From assembly GCA_002269645.1 (NCBI GenBank), contig NIVC01002505.1, positions 1 through 40,329 on the forward strand: a DNA stretch of 40,329 bases. Reading direction: 5' to 3'. The position numbers were made by a program, and so were the translations under genes. Below the pieces are notes generated by a model. The model was not told the DNA's origin. It saw only the letters and a program-made list of their open reading frames with translations, and did no database searches. This DNA is from Macrostomum lignano (taxonomy: Eukaryota). Of the stretch, positions 1-11,100 are shown one piece after another (position 1 is the first letter of the stretch; every line of letters begins with the position of its first letter).

Positions 1-465
1 ATCTGAGTCAGTGATTTGATAACTGGGTCAGTGATTTGGTATCTGAGTCAGTGATTTGATAACTGGGTCAGTGATTTGGTATCTGAGTCAGTGATTTGAT
101 AACTGGGTCAGTGATTTGGTATCTGAGTCAGTGATTATATGATCAGTGATTTGATAACTGGGTCAGTGATTTGGTATCTGAGTCAGTGATTTGATAACTG
201 GGTCAGTGATTGGTATCTGAGTCAGTGATTTGATAACTGGGTCAGTGATTTGTATCTGAGTCAGTGATTTGATAACTGGGTCAGTGATTTGGTATCTGAG
301 TCAGTGATTTGATAACTGGGTCAGTGATTTGTATCTGAGTCAGTGATTTGATAACTGGGTCAGTGATTTGGTATCTGAGTCAGTGATTTGATAACTGGTC
401 AGTGATTTGGTATCTGAGTCAGTGATTTGATAACTGGTCAGTGATTGGTATCTGAGTCAGTGATT
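1..465. repeat. Tandem repeat, 40-bp unit made of two related 20-mers (ATCTGAGTCAGTGATTTGAT-AACTGGGTCAGTGATTTGGT), cut by the window start
   Basis: Direct periodicity; about 11-12 units with occasional 1-nt deletions. Confidence 0.95.
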
Positions 466-962
466 TTTGTGTAAAAAAACAGTTAAATGAGCGCAGTGAA
501 TTGCAATTATTATATTTTATATATTCAACTGTACGTATATTGACAAGTTTATTTTTATAATCCTTTATACGCGAATCTGTTATTGCTAGCTTTAAAAACG
601 TATGCCAAGATTTTGTGCCATGCTGCAAGTTTAGTTTCGTATATGAGGGGTAAAATTTGAAATTTCTATGGTTAAAAGTCACCTGACTGGAGACTGCCTT
701 AGAAACAGACTAGTAGCGATAAAATTAGCTTTCCAAGTCAGTCAAGCTTGAGGCAGAACTCTATAGACAAAAACTTGATTCTATTATTATTTTAGTCTGT
801 GGCCTAACCTTCAGCTATGTACATAGTCTGTCTTATCTAGACTGCAAGTCCATCTGTCTATGGCTAAGAATTTTGTGTGACGTGAATTTTGGTTAGGTGT
901 GTACAAGAAATTTTACTCCAAACAAACTTAGTAGTAAATCGATTGCATTTCATTAGTTTATA

Positions 963-1303
963 ACGGGTGTCCCAAAAAAAGGGTGGCACTTTGTGCGCTC
1001 ACTGTGAGTGAGCAGTTAGGCCTATAGCAAGTTAACAGGTCCACAGTAAACATTTGTAAGTTTTTCCCACAAACATTTGGTTGCGAAAAATTGCTCCAGA
1101 GGCGAGTTATTGAGCACAGAAGTGTACGCTAGCTTTTCTGCCAAGCTTTGCCATACACAGCTGCCATAGACAATCTTTCGCAACCAAATGTTTGTGGGAA
1201 AAACTTACAAAATGTTTACTGCGGACCTGTTAAATTACTGTGCTATAGGCCTAATGCCACTCACAGTGAGCGCACAAAGTGTTACCTTTTTTGGGACACC
1301 CGT
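963..1303. mobile_element. MITE (non-autonomous DNA transposon, Tc1/mariner-like) with ~130-bp inverted arms
   Basis: 963-1093 is the near-perfect reverse complement of 1171-1303 (ACGGGTGTCCCAAAAAA...TTTTTTGGGACACCCGT). TA at 961-962 and 1304-1305 fits a TA target-site duplication. No transposase ORF. Confidence 0.85.
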
Positions 1304-1614
1304 TATTTTGTATTAAATTTATTAATTATTTTTGCTACCTTAGAAATAAGTCAATTTAGCTTTTAATTATCATTGCTTGTAGAATTAAAACAATCTTTAA
1401 CATCCCATATTATAATTATAATTGCATTTTGTTTTAAACGTGTTCGAAAAAGAAAATCTGTAGTTTTTGTTTGTTATTTTCGGTTTAATTATTTCATTTC
1501 ACCATTCGATTGCCTTGCATATTGAATTTAGACTGAAAGAGATACACGTAAGAATGTGTGAGACATATGCTAGATTGTTTCAGATATACGTTATCCTAAG
1601 GTGAAATATAGTGT

Positions 1615-4440
1615 AAACTAGGATGAGATTAAGAGGTTAGACTAGGGTAGGTAGGGGGTTAGACTAGGGTGAGATAGAGGTTAGACTACGGTGAGATAGA
1701 GGTTAGACTAGGGTGAGAGGTTAGACTAGGGTGAGATAGAAGGGAGATTGAAATGAGATAGTAGTTAGACTAGTTTGAGATATAGGTTAGACTAGGGTGA
1801 GATAGAGGTTAGACTAGGGTGAGATAGAGGTTAGACTAGGGTGAGATGCAGGTTAAACTAGGGTGAGATAGAGGGGAGAATGGAAGGAGATAGTAGTTAG
1901 ACTAGGGTGAGATAGAGGTTAGACTAGGGTGAGATGCAGGTTGAACTAGGGTGAGATAGAGGGGAGAATGGAAGGAGATAGTAGTTAGACTAGGTGAGAT
2001 AGAGGTTAGACTAGGGTGAGATAGAGGTTAGACTAGGGTGAGATGCAGGTTAAACTAGGGTGAGATAGAGGGGAGAATGGAAGGAGATAGTAGTTAGACT
2101 AGGGTGAGATAGAGGTTAGACTAGGTGAGATGCAGGTTGAACTAGGGTGAGATAGAGGGAGAATGGAAGGAGATAGTAGTTAGACTAGGGTGAGATAGAG
2201 TTAGACTAGGGTGATAGAGGTTAGACTAGGGTGAGATGCAGGTTAAACTAGGGTGAGAATAGAGGGGAGAATGGAAGGAGATAGTAGTTAGACTAGGGTG
2301 AGATAGAGGTTAGACTACGGTCAGATGAGTTTAGACTAGGTGAGATAGAGGGGAGAATGGAAGGAGATAGTAGTTAGACTAGGGTGAGATAGAGGGGAGA
2401 ATGGAAGGAGATAGTAGTTAGACTAGGGTGAGATAGAGGGGAGAATGGAAGGAGATAGTAGTTAGACTAGGGTGAGATAGAGGTTAGACTAGGGTGAGAT
2501 CAGGTTAAACTAGGGTGAGATAGAGGGAGAATGGAAGGAGATAGTAGTTAGACTAGGGTGAGATAGAGGTTAGACTACGGTCAGATGAGTTTAGACTAGG
2601 GTGAGATAGAGGGGAGAATGGAATGAGATAGTATTAGATAGGGTGAGATAGAGGTTAGACTACGGTCAGATGAGTTTAGACTAGGGTGAGATAGAGGTTA
2701 GACTAGGGTGAGATAGAGGGGAGAATGGAATGAGATAGTAGTTAGACTAGGGTGAGATAGAGGTTAGACTAGGTGTGAGATAGAGGGGAGAATGGAATGA
2801 GATAGTAGTTAGACTAGGGTGAGATAGAGGTTAGACTAGGGTGAGTTAGAGGGGAGAATGGAATGAGATAGTAGTTAGACTAGGGTGAGATAGAGGTTAG
2901 ACTAGGGTGAGATAGAGGGAGAATGGAAGGAGATAGTAGTTAGACTAGGGTGAGATAGAGTTAGACTAGGGTGAGATAGAGGGGAGATGGAATGAGATAG
3001 TAGTTAGACTAGGTGAGATAGAGGTTAGACTAGGGTGAATGGTTAAACTAGGGTGAGATAGAGGGAGAATGGAAGAAGATAGTAGTTAGACTAGGGTGAG
3101 ATAGAGGTTAGACTACGGTCAGATGAGTTTAGACTAGGGTGAGATAGAGGTTAGACTACGGTCAGATGAGTTTAGACTAGGGTGAGATAGAGGGGAGAAT
3201 GGAATGAGATAGTAGTCAGACTAGAGTGAGATAGAGGTTAGACTAGGGTGAGATGCAGGTTGAACTAGGGTGAGATGAGATAGAGGTTAGACTAGGGTGA
3301 GATAGAGGTTAGACTAGTGAGATGCAGGTTAAACTAGGGTGAGATAGAGGGAGAATGGAAGGAGATAGTAGTTAGACTAGGGTGAGATAGAGGTTAGACT
3401 AGGGTGAGATGCAGGTTGAACTAGGGTGAGATAGAGGGGAGAATGGAAGGAGATAGTAGTTAGACTAGGGTGAGATAGAGGTTAGACTAGGGTGAGATAG
3501 AGGTTAGACTAGGGTGAGATGCAGGTTAAACTAGGGTGAGATAGAGGGAGAATGGAAGGAGATAGTAGTTAGACTAGGGTGAGATAGAGGTTAGACTACG
3601 GTCAGATGAGTTTAGACTAGGGTGAGATAGAGGGGAGAATGGAAGGAGATAGTAGTTAGACTAGGGTGAGATAGAGGGGAGAATGGAAGGAGATAGTAGT
3701 TAGACTAGGGTGAGATAGAGGGGAGAATGGAAGGAGATAGTAGTTAGACTAGGGTGAGATAGAGGTTAGACTAGGGTGAGATGCAGGTTAAACTAGGGTG
3801 AGATAGAGGGGAGAATGGAAGGAGATAGTAGTTAGACTAGGGTGAGATAGAGGTTAGACTACGGTCAGATGAGTTTAGACTAGGGTGAGATAGAGGTTAG
3901 ACTAGGGTGAGATAGAGGGAGAATGGAATGAGATAGTAGTTAGACTAGGGTGAGATAGAGGTTAGACTAGGGTGAGATAGAGGGGAGAATGGAATGAGAT
4001 AGTAGTTAGACTAGGGTGAGATAGAGGTTAGACTAGGGTGAGTTAGAGGGGAGAATGGAATGAGATAGTAGTTAGACTAGGGTGAGATAGAGGTTAGACT
4101 AGGGTGAGATAGAGGGGAGAATGGAAGGAGATAGTAGTTAGACTAGGGTGAGATAGAGGTTAGACTAGGGTGAGATAGAGGGGAGAATGGAATGAGATAG
4201 TAGTTAGACTAGGGTGAGATAGAGGTTAGACTAGGGTGAGATGCAGGTTAAACTAGGGTGAGATAGAGGGAGAATGGAAGAAGATAGTAGTTAGACTAGG
4301 GTGAGATAGAGGTTAGACTACGGTCAGATGAGTTTAGACTAGGGTGAGATAGAGGGGAGAATGGAATGAGATAGTAGTCAGACTAGAGTGAGATAGAGGT
4401 TAGACTAGGGTGAGATAGAGGTTAGACTAGGATGAGATGG
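1615..4440. repeat. Purine-rich satellite, 22-bp base unit (GTTAGACTAGGGTGAGATAGAG) with recurring variant units
   Basis: Direct periodicity (ACTAGGGT at 1791 and 1813); variants GGGAGAATGGAAGGAGATAGTA, GATGCAGGTTAAACT and CTACGGTCAGATGAGTTT recur. Confidence 0.95.
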
Positions 4441-4899
4441 AGGTGGTGTTTTCACTTCTTATTAAGTATATGACTAGCAGTCTAATCACTAGTAGAGGAC
4501 ATATTTTGCTTGCTCGATTAAAACTGCTGACCTAATCATAGGATTTTTCGATTCAATAAAAAATCACTTTGGCATTGTCAATAATTTTTTGTGAATCGGT
4601 TTTGACTGACTTGCTATTTTGATTGTTGCATGCTGTAGTCAGAGCGAAGAATAAAACAACAGGTGAAATTCTGATTTGGATCGAATGCACCTCTCGACTT
4701 GGATATCAGAACATAAAAATCAACCGAAAAATCTTGTCAACTAGAAATAAATAATTTATTGGCAAAGGCAGGTGTCTTTTAAACACTACTGATTGAAAAT
4801 TGGGTTGATCAGTAGTATAATCATAAATCATGATTTGAGCTATCTGCTTGGCTCAGCATAAACAGTCGGGGGGGGGGGTTGCAGATTGCAAAATTTCTG

Positions 4900-4905
4900 T
4901 ATAAA
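4900..4905 (+). promoter_or_regulatory. Possible TATA box of the giant gene
   Basis: TATAAA about 135 nt upstream of ATG 5039; position only, no transcript support. Confidence 0.2.
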
Positions 4906-5038
4906 TTTGTTGGCCCCAGGAATCCAGATTTGCCTCTTGAGTTGTGCTAGCAAAGTTGTCTTTGGATCAGTGTTTCACCTTGACAACTTGGAATTTGGAT
5001 AGCGACAAATATAGCTCTTCATTCTGTGCGAATTGAAG

Positions 5039-5117
5039 ATGGCTGCTGGACAAGTGCCGCTTCTAGCTGCTCTTGTTTGCCTTGCAGCTCTGAGTGCCCC
5101 TGCGTTGGCTCATAGTG
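5039..5117 (+). CDS. Exon 1: signal peptide MAAGQVPLLAALVCLAALSAPALAHS
   Basis: ATG at 5039, hydrophobic core, A-L-A cleavage motif, donor GTGAGT at 5118; phase 1 matches the acceptor at 5872. Too short to appear in the ORF track. Confidence 0.85.
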
Positions 5118-8100
5118 GTGAGTTTCTTTATTGTTGTTGGCGTTGAGCGGGATGCGTTACAGGTGGATGCAGGTATAGATACAGGCTTTTAAGGTATTTC
5201 TTGATGGATTGGACATTGAGGGGTAATTATAATTGGTAGATTAGGGTTGACATTGAGGTAATTTTTATTGGTAGATTGTGGTAGACATTGTGGTTAAATT
5301 ATAATTGGTAGATTAGGGTAGACATTGGGGTTAAATTATAACTGGTAGATTAGGGTAGACATTGGGAGGTAATTTTTATTGGTAGATCAGGGTAGACATT
5401 GGGAGGTAATTTTATTGGTAGATCAGGTAGACATTGAGGGGTAATTTTCATTGGTAGATCAGGGTAGACATAGAGGGGTAATTAAAATTGGTAGATCATG
5501 GTAGACATTGAGGGGTAAAATTGGTAGATCAGGGTATAAATTGAGAGGTAATTAAAATTGGTAGATTGGGGTAGACATTGAGAGGTAATTTTAATTCGTA
5601 GATCAGGGTTGGCATTGAGAGGAAATTATAATTGGCAGATCAAGGTAGACATTGAGAGGTAATTAAACTTCGTATATTATGGTAGACATTCAGAGATAAG
5701 TATGACTGGTAGTTAAAGGTACACATTGTTGAGAGGTAATAATTGGTAGATTAGGGTAGAAATTGAGGGTACTCATAACTGGTACATGTAGATTAGGGTA
5801 GACATTATGGGAGATGGAAGCAGGTGTAGATATGCTCAAATCAAAGCCATTTGTTTTCCTTTAACTCAATAGACTGTTACGCCAGCGTCGGCGGCGCCAG
5901 AGGCCATATTTATCAGTTCGATGGCGGCAGGGTGACTGCTGACCCCGCCCTCGGAGGCTGCCTTAAACGGGATCTGCTGTTGACGAGATCCGTTGCCGAC
6001 AAGGATGCTTCATCGCTGTGCGAGCTGGAGATTCTGGCCAGCTTCAAAGCTGTCAGCGGTCCGAGCAGCGGCCTGTCCCGGTTGAGTGCCGTCACCGTTA
6101 AAGTCGATGGGAAGGTCTATCGACTGCTGGCTGGGCGGAAACTCACCGTGAGTTTGGCTGGTGTTTGATTATTGTTTGGTTTGGATCTGGGAGGCTGGCC
6201 CAGCAACTGAGGATCTGGGAGGCTGGCCCAGCAACTGAGGATCTGGGAGGCTGGCCCAGCAATTGAGGATCTGGGAGGCTGGCTTAGCAACTGAGGATCT
6301 GGGAGGCTGGCCCAGCAACTGAGGATCTGGGAGGCTGGCCCAGCACTGAGGATCTGGGAGGCTGGCTTAGCAACTGAGGATCTGGGAGGCTGGCCCAGCA
6401 ACTGAGGATCTGGGAGGCTGGCCCAGCACTGAGGATCTGGGAGGCTGGCTTAGCAACTGAGGATCTGGGAGGCTGGCCCAGCAACTGAGGAGGCTGGCCC
6501 AGCACTGAGGATCTGGGAGGCTAGCTTAGCAACTGAGGATCTGGGAGGCTAGCTTAGCAACTGAGGATCTGGAAGGCTGACCCAGCACCTGAGGATCTGG
6601 GAGGCTGGCTTAGCAACTGAGGATTTGGGTGGCTGGCCCAGCAACTGAGCATCTGGGAATTCTAAAAGCTTCCTGAACTCTAGACATGTTATGCTAGATA
6701 TTCACACCCATCAGAGCCAACCCTCAAGGCGTAGAGAGTGTACATTCCTGACGATCAGAAACCGTGTACACCCCGTGGGAGCATGTGTAAGACTCTGGTT
6801 GCCCAAGGCCAAACCGATATTTCGCACAACCATCGCAGGTGAACGGCCAGCTGAAGTCGGTGCCCCACGGGCCGGACAAAGGTGTGAGGATTTTCTTCTC
6901 CGGCGAAGACCTGGTGCTGGCGCACAAGCGCTGCAACTTCTGGGTCGGCTTCGACGGAGACTGGACCGCCACCTACTGGCTGAGCGGCAAGTACCGCGGC
7001 AAGCTGGAGGGTCTGGCCGGCGACTGCGACGGACACGGCAAGGACGAAGTCGGCAGCTGGCTGTCCGAGGCTGGCTGCCGTCCGGTCAAGCGGAAGCCTC
7101 GATGCCTGAGCTCGGCCGCCAAGCGGGAGGCTGTGCACCGGTGCAGTCGGTGATTAACGGCAAGGACGGCTGCTTGAATCGAGAAGTACTGCGGCCGTGC
7201 ATCGCAGACGCCTGCTCGGCTAAGGGGGCTCTCAGAAAGAAGATTCTGTGCGCCAGCTTCTACCTGCAATCGAGACGCTGCGCCAGGCACCACAAGCCGC
7301 TGTCTTGGAGGCATCGAAGCGGATGTCGTAAGCTGTGTTTATAACTAATAAGTTGATGCGCAATTCACCTACTATGAGTAGCATCAATTAGCAATACTTT
7401 TATTCTTGTTTAAAAAAGGAAAAGTGTAGGAGCGGCTTTTTACAGGTGAAATCAGAGATAAGGTGGATATGGTTGGCGGCCCTCTCTCCTCACAGGTGAA
7501 ATCAGAGATAAGGTGGGTGGTTGGCGGCCCTCTCTCCTCACAGGTGAAATCAGAGATAAGGTGGGTGGTTGGCGGCCCTCTCCTCACAGGTGAAATCAGA
7601 GATAAGGTGGAGATGGTTGGCGGCCCTCATCTCAGGTGAAATCAGAGATAAGGTGGGGTGAGTGGCGGCCCTCTCTCCTCACAGGTGAAATCAGAGATAA
7701 GGTGGAGATGGTTGGCGGCCCTCATCTCAGGTGAAATCAGAGATAAGGTGGGGGTGGGTGGCGGCCCTCTCTCCTCACAGGTGAAATCAGAGATAAGGTG
7801 GGGGTGGGTGGCGGCCCTCATCGCAGGTGAAATCAGAGATAAGGTGCCGTGGCCTCTGATTAAATTATAGATCAAACGCATGGCTAATCGACCTAAAATA
7901 TTCAACCAAATCAGCCTCCTCAACAACAACCTTCAGCAATAAAGTGCGGCCCGAACGAGCACTTCACCAGCAGGGCCAGCCCATGTCCTGCCACATGCGG
8001 CAGTCATTTCTTCGGCACACCTAAGAAATGCTTTCACCTGCCCAGCGCCGAAGGCTGTCGCTGCAAGCGAGGCTTCGTCCTGGACAGCAGCAACCGCTGC

Positions 8101-11100
8101 GTGCCGCCCAAGGAGTGCGAGTGCCTGAACAAACTGTGCTTGGACAGAATGCCTCGGAAAAAGTGTCTGAAGTGGCGAGCTCGCGGCCGGTGCAAGAGGT
8201 ATCCGGAGGTGATGGCGCGATTCTGCCGGCTGACCTGCGGCCACTGCGAGACAAGATGCGGGGAGAATCAGTTTAGCGACAAATTGTGCAAAAATATTTT
8301 GCGGCAAGGGAAATGCAGCAAGCCGCTGTACAAGGCTGTCTGCGCGGCCACTTGCGGCCGCAATAAGTGTCGTGAGTTGCTTTTTTACGGCTCGTTCGTT
8401 TTGAAATTTTCTAATGATTTCTGGATTACGTTTAGGTGTAGAACGTGTCAGTTGGCGCCAAAATAAAGTAAGATAGCTCAAATTAAAAGTTAGTTGACGC
8501 CAAAAAGAGCGTTAAGATGGCGCCAAAATGGAGATTCAGTTAGCGCCAAAATAGAGTATCAGTTTGGGCGCCAAAATAGAGTGTCAGTTTAGGCGCCAAA
8601 ATAGAGTGTCAGTTTAGGCGCCAAAATAGAGGGTCAGTCTGGGCGCCAAAATAGAATGTCAGTTTAGGCGCCAAAATAGAGGGTCAGTCTGGGCGCCAAA
8701 ATAGAATGTCAGTTTAGGCGCCAAAATAGAATGTCATTTTGGGCGCCAAAATAGAATGTCAGTTTAGGCGCCAAAATAGAGGGTCAGTTTAGGCGCCAAA
8801 ATAGAGGGTCAGTCTGGGCGCCAAAATAGAATGTCAGTTTAGGCGCCAAAATAGAGGGTCAGTCTGGGCGCCAAAATAGAATGCCAGATAACGGAGTCAG
8901 TTAGCGCCAAAATAGAGAAGCTATCAACAATTGTTTTCTTCAATTTGTTCAAATCTTTAACATTTGAGTTGAAGCTTAAAGCCGCTCGCTAACTTTCTAT
9001 TCAGGCTGCCCAAACAAGCGCCGGATCGAGTCCAAGTGCTCCACGCGGTACAAAAATCGAATAATAAAATCGATTCGTTATCTGCCCGGTCCGCACGGCA
9101 AGTGCATCAAGAGCACTGTAGTCCGCTACGAACCGTGCGGGGGTGAGTTCGTGTTCTATGGACACCTTTTTTACATAGAAAAAAAAACTGAGGATTGCTG
9201 ATCGGGCTTTGTGAATGGCTGGTGAATGGGCTTTAGCACCAGGGGCTTTAGCACCAAGGGGCTTTAGCACCAAGGGGCTTTAGCACCAAGGGGCTTTAGC
9301 ACCAAGGGGCTTTAGCACCAAGGGGCTTTAGCACCAAGGGGCTTTAGCACCAAGGGGCTTTAGCACCAAGGGGCTTTAGCACCAAGGGGCTTTAGCACCA
9401 AGGGGCTTTAGCACCAAGGGGCTTTAGCACCAAGGGGCTTTAGCACCAAGGGGCTTTAGCACCAAGGGGCTTTAGCACCAAGGGGCTTTAGCACCAAGGG
9501 GCTTTAGCACCAAAGGGCGCCAGCACCAACGGGCGCCAGCACCAAGGGGCGCCAGCACCAAGGGGCGCCAGCACCAAGGGGCGCCAGCACCAAAGGGCGC
9601 CAGCACCAAGGTGATAAGTTACGTTTTAAGTAGCTGCAATCAACCCATTCATTTGCAGCCTGTCCCAGCATAGCCAAGACCAAGCTGCAGCCGTGCAATT
9701 ACTGCAAAGGCGTGCGAACAGGCAAGCGCACTATGCAATACCGAGAGACCCACGGTAAGCACCGCTGCCTGCGTCGAGTCACTCGAGTCAGCAAGAAGTG
9801 TCCCTGCCCTCCCTCTGGCCAGCTGAAGGTTGTCAGCAGCAGCAAATGCGTGAAACACACCGAACTGGTCCGCGTCACCAAGGTGTTCAAAGCCGCCGAG
9901 AAGTGCACCAAGTGCAAGCGAATAACCCGACGACAAGTTGTAAAGAAAATTAGTGAGCTTATAATTATAACAATTTTGTTTTTTTAAGCATTAGATTAAG
10001 GCAGGGGTTGTAGCCTAGTTGTCAGAGCGTCAGACTCGCGACTTGAAGGTCGGGGGTTCGATTCCCGATCGCACTGGAACAGTTTGTGTCCTTGAGCAAC
10101 TTAACTCTGCATTGCTTCAGTTCACCCAGCTGTAAAATGGGTGCCAGCATTAGCTGGGGTAATTGAGGGTGTGCGGTGACCCCGCCGTTAGCAACCTGCA
10201 GATGTGCCGCGCATTAGCTGCGGCTGAGCTGTCGGTTGCATATGCGGCCCAATTAGCGAGGTTACAGAGATTGTCTCTCTCAGAGAGTCACTCTCACCAT
10301 GTGTAATTTACCTTTTAATCTATCTACGCTTCTACCTTTTTAATCACAGAATGCTCGGGCAGACGAACCGTTCTCAAGAAGTGCACGTCGGGACGCAAGC
10401 ATCGCAAGAAGCTGGTGTACACTAAGCAAGCGAGAAACTGCAAATGCATCTGGAAGCTGGCCAAGGAGCAGAACCTGCTCTGCTACTGCAGCAAGAAGCG
10501 CAGCGTGAAGCGTAGTTGCTCGAACGGCTATCGGATTAAGAAAATAACTGGGTTGCGGCTCAAGAACAACAAATGCGTTCGTTGGGTGCGCCAAGTGAAA
10601 CGGAAGATTAACTGCCCCAAGAGACGCCAAGCAAAGCTGATTTGCCAACGAAAGACGTGCAAAGCGACCAAGATTTCCAGCTATTACCAGCTCAGTGGAT
10701 GCAAGTGCAGTAAAAAAGTTGTTAAGCGGCTGGTTGGAAAATGCTGTGAGTTTGGCAAAGATATTTCTATTCTGTCTTGCTTTGTCGACTCGACCTGTTT
10801 TTTTGCCAGACGTATGCCAAATTTAGCTCTACATTATACTTTCTACTCATCAGTAGACGAACTCTGACACAAAGTCTTCACTAAATAGAAAATGCGAAAC
10901 GAAACGAAGTCGAAGCTAGTCTGTATCCTTGGAAATCCTGTGCACCAGCCGCCCAGGCTCGATTCCATGTGCAGTCGCATTAATTTGGGGCTAAATTGGA
11001 ATCTCGGCTTGGCTCTGCTCGTGCAATTGAGGGCTTTGAGGGCCCACTCCCAAGGCACAGTGAAGTGTACATGCCTAACGATAAATAAAGTTATGGCCCC

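Noticed and set aside
6117-9698. Repetitive ORFs in introns 2-5
   Set aside because: Translations of intronic minisatellites
10004-10075. tRNA gene
   Set aside because: No complete cloverleaf acceptor stem; continues into a SINE body shared with 23080-23356
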